Positions 1 to 9,200 are shown, numbered from the stretch's first letter. The stretch is DNA of 25,797 nt from Prasinococcaceae sp. CCMP 1430 (GCA_013416795.1 RQSC01001079.1:22354-48150), one strand, 5' to 3'. Notes: a model not told the origin generated them from the sequence alone. Translations and numbers: made by a program.

Positions 1-2
1 CG

Positions 3-245
3 CGTGCTGTGGCTTCCGCCGCGCCGGCGCACATGCTCCGCGGCGCCACGCGCGGCGCGGAGGCCCCCGCGCTCCGCGCAGGGGACGCCGTGCTCGCCGA
101 CTACCGCGTCGTCCACCGCGGCCTGGCCAACAGCTCGCAGTCCGCGCGCCCGCTGCTGTACCTCACGCTCGCCGCGCCCGGCTGGCGCGACTCCCACAAC
201 TTCGGCGCCCACTCCGTCTGGGAGAGGTGGGCGGTGCGATGCTAG
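3..245 (+). CDS. PhyH-like 2OG-Fe(II) dioxygenase, C-terminal part (5' partial, runs off the window)
   Basis: Frame is open from position 3 to TAG 243-245. GDAVLADYRVVHRGLAN carries the distal His strand and RPLLYLT the 2OG-binding Arg strand, followed by WRDSHNF, typical of PhyH-family C-termini. Confidence 0.75.
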   Translation, partial: RAVASAAPAHMLRGATRGAEAPALRAGDAVLADYRVVHRGLANSSQSARPLLYLTLAAPGWRDSHNFGAHSVWERWAVRC

Positions 246-618
246 CTGACGCAGCAATAGCACTAATAAACAACAAATAATTACGTCACGCATACACACG
301 GGCGAGCTTCCTCGCACCACACGGCTTCACCACCATTTTGACGTGGGTGGAACGATACCAGTTCACGTTTTTTTCTTCTCTCTCTCTTTCCGTGCCGTGC
401 GTCAGTTTTTTTTTGGGGGGGTGTTGTTGGGCTCTCCGGCGGCGGGCCGGTACTTTTCCAGTGCATTTTGACGTACATGTACAGTAGTTATTATTTTTTT
501 TACGGAACAGAGTGCGGGTACAAAGCGGCGCGCCGTCCCGCGCGCTTTTTTATAGTTGAGGTTTATATGTACATTTATAGGGTTTACCAATTCATCGAAT
601 TTCAATGTGGTGTGATGT

Positions 619-668
619 GGGAGGCGTGCGTTTGGGAGGTTTGGGTGTGGGCGTGTGGGACGTGTGGG
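619..668 (+). repeat. Degenerate (TGTGGG/TTTGGG) G-tract array, canonical G-quadruplex motif
   Basis: GGG tracts at 619, 634, 643, 649, 657 and 666. The last five are separated by 3-6 nt loops. Confidence 0.6.
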
Positions 669-691
669 ACGCCCGTGTGCGCGCCGCGTGC

Positions 692-712
692 GCTGCTGCT
701 GCTGCTGCTGCT
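692..712 (+). repeat. (GCT)7 microsatellite
   Basis: Seven perfect GCT units read directly. Confidence 0.95.
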
Positions 713-1277
713 GTTGCGCGGCGGCGCGGTGCCGCGGCGCGGCGCCACAGGGGGGGCGAGGCGTCGGAGTCCGCGTCAAGCACACGCGCGCCCGCCCCGC
801 CGCCCCGCTCGGCGTCGCGTGCTCGCCCGCGCTGTCTGGCGCCACACCGCCCGCGAAGCAACCGCTCTTTTCCACCACCCACCCACACGTCCCATCTCCC
901 CCCACCCTCTACCAGGTGCGCACGCGCACACACGCCACGCGCCCCACACACTCCCCGCGCCTGCTGACACAGAGCATGAGCGCGCGCGCGCACGCAGCCC
1001 GAGAGCCACACGCATAAGGTCGCCTTATCCAGAAAGCATGCGAATTTTTGCCACAGGTGCGCACATATGCGCGCTGGTGGCGGTGCGTCGCCACACAGCG
1101 TGCGGCGCGCACAGCAGCCCCCTAGCTAGGGCCCGCTTCTCCCGCTGCACGCCCCAATCCACCCTGCGCGCGGTGCGCATGGCCCTGCGCGAGGGCCGAG
1201 CTTCGCCCTCGAGTCCGTGAGAGGGCCGGCCGAGCGTGCGCGCACGCACACTGCCGCTTCGCCGGCCGCGGCGATAG

Positions 1278-2222
1278 ATGGCGGGCGCATGCGCGCCGCG
1301 GCGCTCCGTGGGAGCGGGCCTCGTCCGCCCCTGTGCGCGACGAACGTCGCACGCGCGTTCGCTGGCGCGACGCCAGGTGTGTTGTTGCTCTAGGGCGGTG
1401 GGGGGCATCGGAGCTGCCACCACTGCGGCCGCGCTCGAGCAGGATGGCTTTGCGGTGGTGCGCAGTGCGTTGCCGGCGGCCGCGGTGGCGGAGTTGCGCG
1501 CAGCCGCGGACAGCGAGCTAGCTCGGCTCAAGGCGCGCATGCGCAAGGCGCACGCAATCGACGTGGCCACGGATGAGTTTGCCTTCGCAGAGGTCGCTCA
1601 TCGCTCACCGCTCAGATACGACGTCCAGCTCGTGCCGCCGCGCCCACGTGGCCGGACGGGCCGCGTTTCGCCGACGACGGCCGACGCACTGGAGAGGTGG
1701 GTGCTACCGGCCGACGTCCCCGACGTCGGCGCCGCGGGCACTGACGAGCGGCATCGAGTGGTTAGAGAGAGCGTGTGGCATCGAGCGGCGAGGGCCGTCA
1801 TCGGCGAGGATGCCGTGCTGCACTTCTGCGGCTGCGTCACCTCTGAGCCGGGTGCGATTGCGCAGTCCTTGCACGTCGACGGAGAGCATCTCGCTCGCGA
1901 CCTCGCGCGCGGGGTCGCGCACGCGCCGCCTTACGCGGTCAACGTCTTCATCCCGCTGGTGGACACGTCGCTCGCTCTGCGCAACGGCCCCACGGAGTTC
2001 CTGCCCGGCACGCACATGGCGAGCGCCGCCGCGCAGCGCACCGCGGGCGCGGCTGGCGCGGCTAGTGCGGCTGGCGCGGCTGGCGCGGCAGTGCGCGTAT
2101 CGTTTGGTGCGGTGTCGTCTCCCGCGCTGAGCCGCACGAGCGGTGGCATCCCGGCGGTGGGCTTCGTGGACGCTCGCGCGCTGCTCGCGGCCGCCGCGAG
2201 CGCGCGGGCGGCGGTGGGCGCC
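1278..2222 (+). CDS. PhyH-like 2OG-Fe(II) dioxygenase, N-terminal part, truncated at the N at 2223
   Basis: LEQDGFAVVRSAL (PhyH first strand), EPGAIAQSLHVDG (HxD iron ligands), YAVNVFIPLVD and NGPTEFLPGTH are present. No distal His motif occurs before the N. The start at ATG 1278 is uncertain and a 5' intron is possible. Confidence 0.75.
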
Positions 2223-2223
2223 N
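2223..2223. other. Single-N junction, probable contig join
   Basis: Sequence character switches abruptly at the N, from Ala-rich PhyH sequence to the start of a 93-bp tandem repeat with very different composition. Confidence 0.6.
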
Positions 2224-2395
2224 CCCACTGCGACGGCCTCTCGAAGAAGAAGTGCGGCAAGGAGGACGGCTGCGTCTACGAGAACAAGATGTGCATTGAG
2301 GACTGGTACTACCCGTCCCACTGCGACGGCCTCTCGAAGAAGAAGTGCGGCAAGGAGGATGGCTGCGTCTACAAGAGCAAGATGTGCATGGAGGA
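2224..2395 (+). repeat. 93-bp (31-codon) tandem coding repeat, about 1.8 copies visible
   Basis: cccactgcgacggcctctcgaagaagaagtgcggcaaggagga starts at both 2224 and 2317, with a few substitutions afterwards. Confidence 0.9.
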
Positions 2396-2558
2396 GCCGG
2401 AGCCGGCGAAGAAGAAGTCCAAGAAGGAGTCCAAGAAGGAGAAGTCCAAGAAGAAGGACAAGAAGAAGAAGGACAAGAAGAAGAAGGACAAGAAGACGAA
2501 GGACAAGAAGAAGAAGGACAAGAAGAAGAAGTCCAAGAAGAAGTCCAAGAAGAACTGA
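2224..2558 (+). CDS. C-terminus of a Cys-repeat protein with a poly-Lys (KKKKD/KKKS) tail (5' partial)
   Basis: Two copies of HCDGLSKKKCGKEDGCVYxxKMC are followed by about 50 aa of K/D/S/E repeats. Codons are almost all GC3 (AAG, GAC, TCC). Stop TGA 2556-2558. Confidence 0.7.
2409..2552 (+). repeat. 12-15 bp (AAG)n-GAC/TCC minisatellite encoding the Lys-rich tail
   Basis: aagaagaagaaggac and aagaagaagtcc units read directly. Confidence 0.9.
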
Positions 2559-2807
2559 GCTGGAGATTGCCGGTCATTCGACCCTAGAAGGGCGTCGCTC
2601 TGCCGACACAGGTGCTGAGTGCGAACTGAGAAGGGGATCAGCGCGTCCGCACACGGATGGCGTCGGCAAGACGCAACGCACTAGGCGGCGCCGTTGGCCG
2701 CGAGGGCGACGCGCGCGGCGGCAGGCGTGTCGCAGGGCGCGCAGGGTGCGTGCCGCGAGGACGCCGTGGCGGCGCCGCGCGGATTCGCGGCGTTGGCGAC
2801 GCCGACC

Positions 2808-3995
2808 ATGAACCCGCAGCTCCAGCATGCGGCTGGCCCGGTGGTCAGCAAGGGCCTCGCCGGCGTGTATGCCGACGTGACGGCCATCTCGACCGTCGGC
2901 CAGGCCAGCGGCGCGGGTCTGACGTACCGTGGCTACACGATCGAGGACCTCGCGAACAAAACAACGTTCGAGGAGACAGCCTACCTACTGCTGCATGGCG
3001 AGCTGCCGAACGAGCGCGAGCTGCGCGCGTACAAGGCCCGGCTCGCACAGCACCGCGCCCTTCCCCAGGAGGTGTGCGCCGCGTTGGAGATCACGCCGGC
3101 GACCGCCCACCCGATGGACGTCCTGCGCACCGGCTGCTCCGTGCTCGGCACCCTCGAGCAGGAGGAGGAAATCACCGCGGCGAGCGCAGTGGCCGTCGCC
3201 GAGCGCCTCATAGGCTCTTTCACGTCGATGATCTGCTACTGGTACAACTACCATCGCAACGGCAAGCGCATCGTGCCAAACGTTGACTCCAATGACGGCA
3301 CGGCCAAGGCGTTCCTCAAGATGCTGCGCCAGGATGATGCCGAGCCCGACGCGCTCGAGGAGCATACCGTGGACGCGTCGCTCGTGCTCTACGCGGAGCA
3401 TGACCTCGCCGCCAGCACCTTCGCCGCGCGCACCACTGCGTCCACCATGAGCGATTCGTACTCCGCGATCACCACGGCCATCGGAACCCTGCGCGGCCCG
3501 CTGCATGGTGGCGCCAACGAGGCGGTCATGCACTTCCTCGAGCCCCTCGCCACCCCTGACGAGGCGGAGGCGCTCCTGCGCCAGCGGCTGGCTGCGAAGA
3601 ACCTGATCATGGGCTTCGGCCACAGAGTCTACAAGCATGGCGACCCGCGCAACCGCGTGTTCAAGAGCCTGTCCAAGGCCCTCTCGCAGCGCCCCAATGG
3701 CCGTCCCGACCTGTACGCCATTTCCGAGCGCATTGAGGAGCTCATGGAGCGCGAGAAGGGCATGTACGCGAACGCAGACTTCTACGCGGCGAGCTCGTAC
3801 CACCAGTGCGGCATCCCGACTGAGCTGTTCACCCCAATCTTCGTGGTGAGCCGCACCAGTGGCTGGGCGGCGCACATCGCCGAGCAGCGCTCCAACAACC
3901 GCATCATCCGCCCCTCCAGCCTGTACGTAGGTCACGGGCCGAGGGAGTTTGTGCCACTGGCCCAGCGCGGCGACACGCCCAAAGCCAGCCTCTGA
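2808..3995 (+). CDS. prpC: 2-methylcitrate synthase, proteobacterial PrpC type; the true start may be ATG 2657 via a +1 frame correction
   Basis: Motifs: LTYRGY, HPMDVLRTGCSVLG, YWYNYHRNGKRI (cf. E. coli PrpC YWYHYSHNGERI), GPLHGGANE (His), MGFGHRVYK (His), NADFY (Asp), GWAAHIAEQRSNNRIIRPS. Intronless. First in-frame ATG is 2808. The upstream in-frame text AARATRAAA...PRGFAALA resembles a mitochondrial presequence. Confidence 0.9.
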   Translation: MNPQLQHAAGPVVSKGLAGVYADVTAISTVGQASGAGLTYRGYTIEDLANKTTFEETAYLLLHGELPNERELRAYKARLAQHRALPQEVCAALEITPATAHPMDVLRTGCSVLGTLEQEEEITAASAVAVAERLIGSFTSMICYWYNYHRNGKRIVPNVDSNDGTAKAFLKMLRQDDAEPDALEEHTVDASLVLYAEHDLAASTFAARTTASTMSDSYSAITTAIGTLRGPLHGGANEAVMHFLEPLATPDEAEALLRQRLAAKNLIMGFGHRVYKHGDPRNRVFKSLSKALSQRPNGRPDLYAISERIEELMEREKGMYANADFYAASSYHQCGIPTELFTPIFVVSRTSGWAAHIAEQRSNNRIIRPSSLYVGHGPREFVPLAQRGDTPKASL

Positions 3996-4015
3996 AGGAT
4001 GCCACCCTGGCCGTT

Positions 4016-4020
4016 TGTAA
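4016..4020 (+). terminator. Putative chlorophyte-type UGUAA polyadenylation signal for prpC
   Basis: TGTAA lies 20 nt after the prpC stop in an AT-richer patch. It is a single short motif. Confidence 0.3.
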
Positions 4021-4283
4021 AATACACACAGTGTGCAGGACACGCGCCCCATTGTTGCCAGCGAGGCCGGTGGATCGCGGCGCTTCCTCGCGCTGCCGCG
4101 CCTACGCGCCGCGCCCGCACGCGCCTGTGCGAGCCCGAGAGTGAGAGGCGGCGCACATTCATTCTAACCCTATCATCAAACCGCAACCTGACCCCTAACC
4201 AGCCACTCCAGTCTCAAGCGGGAAAAAAGTCCGCCAGAGCGCGCAGCAAGAGCGCAGCCGTTGCCGCGACGGCACGGCACGGC

Positions 4284-5663
4284 ATGGCGCGCCGCGCGGG
4301 GCCGCGTCCTGCGGCGCTCGCGGCGCTCGCGGCGGCGCTCCTAGGCGCGACTGGTGGCGCCGGCGGCGCCGGCGCGGGCGCGCGGCGGCCCCGCCAACTT
4401 CAGCTTCGTGCCTGTGAGGGAGCTCGTGTTCGACCTCGACCTGCCGCCGGCGGAGCGCTGGGCCAAGCACTGTGCCGAGTTCGCATCAAGCACGCCACTC
4501 CTCGAGACCTTCGCCCGCGCGACGCTCGCGCGCCTGGGCGACGCCGAGGCCGCGGCGGTGCTCAAATTGGCCGCGGACGTCACCGGCTTTCTCGGAGCCG
4601 AGGCGGCGGCAGAGATCGAGGGGTGCGGCAAGGCGATGGGTCTCGAGCTAGGCGTGCTCACTACACTCAACCTATCATACATACTGCGGCGCCTCATGGG
4701 TGGCGATCACAACACCACAGGGCCCTTGCCCGCTGGCGCGGATCGCGCTGCGGGCAGCATCGCCTGCACGAGCCTCGCTGCCGACGGAGGCGCGCGCGGC
4801 GAATGTGCTGTCGTGCACGGTCGAAACCTGGACTGGGGCCTCCCAGACGAGCTCAAAAACCTGACCGTCGCCCTCAAGTGGCGCAAGGGCGGCGAAGAAC
4901 TTATGACGACGATCGGGCCGATCGGCTTCTTCGGTGTGCTCACCGCGTTTAAGTCGGGTCGCTACGCCGCCTCCATCAACGAGAGGGCTCACGGGGGGCC
5001 CTTCCTCGAAGATCTCGCCGAGCTGCTGCTGCTGGGCCGCAAGCTCCCCTCGCATGCGCTGCGCGAGGCCTTGCTCGCGGCGGACACCTATGCCGACCTT
5101 GGTGCGCGCCTCGCGGCGGCTGAGCTCGTCGCTCCTGTCTACTACGTCGTTTCAGGCGCGCAGCGCGGTGAAGCGTCGGTGATCACGCGCGACCGTACCG
5201 GCGTGGCAGGTGCGCCCGTCAGCCTCGACAACGGCGGCAGCTTCGGCCGCAGCTGGTTCGTGCTGCAGACCAATTATGACTACTGGGAGGATGCACCGGC
5301 GAGTGACGACCGTCGTGGCTATGCGTTGCGCCATCTCGACGAGCTGGGCGCGAAGACGAATCGAAGCGCGAGCATGGAGCAGATGCGCGATCGCATCTTG
5401 AAAGCCTGGCCTACGCTGAACGATGGGACCTCGTTGGTCTCTGTCATGTGCGCCGAGACGGGCGAGTACCTGGCATACAATGTGCGTATGCCTAGCTTAG
5501 CTAGACATGTGCTCTCTCTCTCTCTCGCACGCGCGCACCTTGAGCCCATTTCTTCGTGTGGTCGCTGACACACACTCGCGCTCCCGCGCAACTCCTCCGC
5601 TCGCAGGCAATGTACCATCCACATATCGCGGCTACCGGGGAAGGGCAACAGCTTGTGCATTAG
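4284..5663 (+). CDS. NAAA: Acid ceramidase / N-acylethanolamine acid amidase (Ntn-hydrolase); model 4284..~4380, +1 frame break, ..5481, intron 5482-5606, 5607..5663
   Basis: DLDLPPAERW, nucleophile ACTSL, HGRNLDW, SINER, PVYYVVSG..ITRDR, WFVLQTNYDYW..DDRR and WPTLN all match ASAH1/NAAA. The signal peptide MARRAGPRPAALAALAAALLGATG from ATG 4284 is one base out of frame with the catalytic ORF. The intron is AAT|GTGCGT...GCTGAC...CGCAG|, phase 0, giving the end AMYHPHIAATGEGQQLVH*. Confidence 0.85.
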
Positions 5664-6225
5664 TTGATGCGCACTGCGAGCATGCGCGTACCACCAAGGT
5701 CGTATGCAAATTCGCATGCATGCTCACGCGCGTCCACCAAGCACGCCCACAGGTGCTTCTCTCCTGGAGCTAGAGTAGCTCTCCAGTAGTCTATGTATAT
5801 GCACAGTAGCCACGAGAGTGTGTGAAGCTGCCTTCACGGGGCATCCAAAGGCCTGCAAGCCCGCCGGCGAGCGCGCCGCCGCGCATGCCATCGCTACCGG
5901 CGCACGCCCTGCAGCCGCCATGCACGGGCGGGTGGGCGGGCGCCCTTGCGCTGGTGCCCCCACGCATGGGTGCCTCCGTGTGCACACCCCGCTTCGCGAA
6001 ACGCGCACAGATTTTCGACCTGGTGCGATCGTTCCCCGAGAGCGCGCGCGCGCGCGTCGGCAACACCGGTACATCCGTTCGTTCCTCGCGTGACGAACGC
6101 GCCGGGGCACGCTCGCTTGCTCGCTCGCGCGTGCGTGTCCACGGGACGAGCGCGATCGGGGTGGGGTGGCGAGCGACCGGGCACCGCGCGTCAGGGAGGA
6201 GTGGCACGCGGCGGGGCGCGGCCAC

Positions 6226-9200
6226 ATGCCGCGGGGTGCGCGCTGGGCCGCGCCGCGTCGCGACGCGCCGTACCAGCGGCGGCCGTCGCCGCTGGCGGCG
6301 GCGCCTGCAGCGGCAGCGGCTGCGCTGACGCTCGTCCAGCTGGTGGGCTGCGCTGCTGATGCGGCCCCCGGTAACTCTGCGGGCGGCGTAGCGTCCTCCG
6401 CCACCTTCTTAGCGACTGCAGCGATCGGTGCGCTCGGAGCGCTCGCACTTGTTCTCGCAGCCGTTGTCACCACCGCGGCGATATCGCACCGCGCGCGACA
6501 ACGCCTGAAGCGCGGCAGCGGCGGCAGTGGCACCGGCAGCGCAGGCAGCAGGTAAGCGCGAGATCTCGAGGGGGCAATGCAGCGCTCATCTGCACCCACG
6601 CACTCGCATTGAGAGCGCTCGGGTTTGTGCACGCGCGCGTGCGCGTGCTTGCCGTCGCGTGCGCACATGCTTGGGCGTGAGCGCACTTGGGTGTCTCGCT
6701 GACGCGCGCACGCGCACGCGGCGGCCTTTAGTGGAGCTAGCCATGGGGTCGCTACAGGCAGCTTCGGCGTGGCGCGGGAGGCGCTTCCGCTCGGCTGGGC
6801 GAACGCACTGATGCGATCTGCGTGGCCCGCGTACATCGAGGCGAAAATGGCGAGCGTGGCATCGCGCTCAGCGCAGCGTGCTCTCGACGAGCTGGTGAGT
6901 GAGCAGCCTCGAGCCTCCGCAGTCGAGGGCGTGTACCTCGAGAGTCTCACTTGGGGCACGCGTCCGCCCTCGATGGGGCACGCGGCCGTCGAGTGGGACG
7001 AGCGTGGCGCGCTGAGCGGCGGGAGCGTGCGTTTTGAATTCGACGCGTGCTTCCACGCCCCCGACTTTTGTGCCCAGGTGGCTGTACGGGTCCTTTTGCT
7101 CGGCGGCACAACGGCCCGCGTGCGGCTGAGCGAGCTTGAGATTGAGGGCAGGGTGGTCGTACAGGTAGGTGACGAGGGGCGCGCACCGCTTGTATGGCTC
7201 ACGCACGCACGCTCTCTCTCCCTCTTTTTTCCACGCAACGCGCGAAAGCTGTGTTGCCGTGCTCTGACCAGTGATCGGGCGGGCGCGCGCTCAATCAGTT
7301 CCGTCTTGGCCCCAACGCTCCAGGCGTGGAGGGCATCGACGTGTCGTTCGTGCGGCGTCCCACCGTGAAGTTCGAGGTGTCCGCACTGGGCCTCGGGCTG
7401 CCGCTCACAGCGCTGCCGGGCGTCAAGGCATGGTTTGCCGACGCGGCGACGTCGCTCGTCGAACGCTTCGCCGTTGAGCCCGCGCGCGAGTACGTCGACA
7501 TTGCGGGAGGTTTCGCCGCCTCTCGCGCACGCGAGATCTGCCCAAGCGGAGACGGTTGCGTGCTGAGCCTGCATCTAGTTTCAGCGCGCTGCGGGCGCGA
7601 GGCGGAGCATCAAGATGGAGTGCCAGACACGCACATGACTGTCGAAGTGGAGCTCGTCAAGCGCACAGTGGCGCCACAGAGTACCACCGAGGGCGATCAG
7701 GCGGGGGCGGGTTTGGGGGAAGTGCTGTGGGCGGCAGAGTCACGCAGCGTGCCTTGGGGGGCGCACGCTCATCAGAGTGCCAGCGAGCGTGTGGACATTG
7801 GCCAGTGGTTTTATGTGCCACTGCCCGCCAAGTATGTCCACGCGGGCAAGGTCGCGTCATGGGACGCCGGCGTCAACGGTGACACCAGCACACCTACAAC
7901 TGCGACGCAGGAGCTCGACGTGCGCGTGTCGATGCGTGCGGTGCACACCCTGAGCGGTGACTCGTACGAGCTGGCAGCGGCGCACCTGCAGCTGGGCGCG
8001 CTGACTGCACAGGGTGGCAAGCCTGTGTGGCTCCCTCTGGCCAGTGAGGGGGGTGGTGCGGCAGTGCGACTCGGAGCCTCGCTCAGTGGTCTGAGCGACG
8101 AGCCCCCCTCGGAGCTGCTCACGCCAGCGAAAGCCAGGGATGCTCTCCGAAGCCCCGTGCGCTTTCTTTCGAATGGGCGCAAGGGTGGCCCGAGCGCCAC
8201 GCGTGCACAGAGGCGCGCACGCCATGGTGGTCGAGGCCGTGGTGACGTGCGTGCGGAGACTGTGACGTTTCCATCCCTTGACGCCGCCCTCGACGACTAC
8301 GATCAGGCAGTGCGCCGCACGGAGGATGCCGAGGCGGCGCGAGCCGCCGCCGAGGCTCGCGCACACTCGCTCGCCGAACGTCTTGAGGCTTCTCGGCAAC
8401 GCTGTGCTGAGCTTGCGACGGCATGCGCGCTACTGCCTGAGGGAGGCAGTGGAAGTGAAGGTGGCGGACTAGGCAGTACACACGTGACACCAGTGCACAC
8501 GGCGCTTGCTGCCTCACTCAGTGCTCACGAGGCGGACCGCACACCCTTCACGAACGGTACGGCGGGGCACGCGCGCGAACGACTGGGCGGGCGATACACA
8601 CCGGCGTTGTTCGGAAGCGTGGGCGGTACAATGAAGAATCTCGACTCGCACGAGGACTTCGAGAGCGAGGTGAAAAGCCTCGACGCGAAACTCTTCTCAA
8701 ATCTGCGCAGCGCGATCGCAGAAGAGGAGGACGACGTCCAGAGCAGCGTCGATCATTCCCCGGCATCGGTATCGGTGGCGGGCAAACCGACGCCAGCGCC
8801 AGAGCCAGCGCCGACCGGCGGCGTGCGGACACCGTCGCTACGCACACCCCAAGGCACCGGCTCAAATGCGGGCGGCTCTGGGCTCGACAGCGGCCGGGAG
8901 CCAGCCACTCAACTCGATGGCTCCGTTGCGGACGAAATCAGCATTCAAAACAACAGCGACACCTTAGACTCAGCGGACGAGCTTGGGGGTCGCATGCTCA
9001 GCGGTGGCGGCGGCGAGGACGACGCTCGTACTTATAGCCCTGGTGGTGACGTCCTCAACGCGCGCCTGCTATCGGTGGTGCGCACGCAGCGCGAGTCGAT
9101 CTCCGCCGCGCTTGAGCGCGCCGATAGCGCCGAGCGCGCTGCCAAAGAGCGGCTGGCGACGCTGCAGGATATGCTGCTGCGCATGGCTGTGTGTGGCGCG

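Noticed and set aside
402-905. Minus-strand ORF with poly-Gln, and the overlapping ORF 468-1220 (+)
   Set aside because: The poly-Q comes from the (GCT)7 microsatellite, and composition is mixed AT-rich/low-complexity with no domain signal.
2224-2395. Direct repeats that could be mistaken for a CRISPR array
   Set aside because: The units are contiguous, 93 bp, in frame and coding, with no unique spacers and no cas genes. The context is eukaryotic.
1278-2558. The 426-aa ORF as a single bona fide fusion protein
   Set aside because: Continuity depends on one N at a sharp compositional boundary that coincides with a repeat start. I treated it as a likely assembly join pending read evidence.
4166-4172. 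Telo-box-like AACCCTA copies at 578-585 (reverse), 4166-4172 and about 21335-21342 (reverse)
   Set aside because: About one copy is expected by chance in 26 kb on both strands, and more in AT-rich patches. Three scattered copies are not convincing.
3999-4952. 317-aa ORF overlapping NAAA
   Set aside because: Only its segment from ATG 4284 (the signal peptide) looks real. The rest is an alternative frame of NAAA or intergenic sequence.
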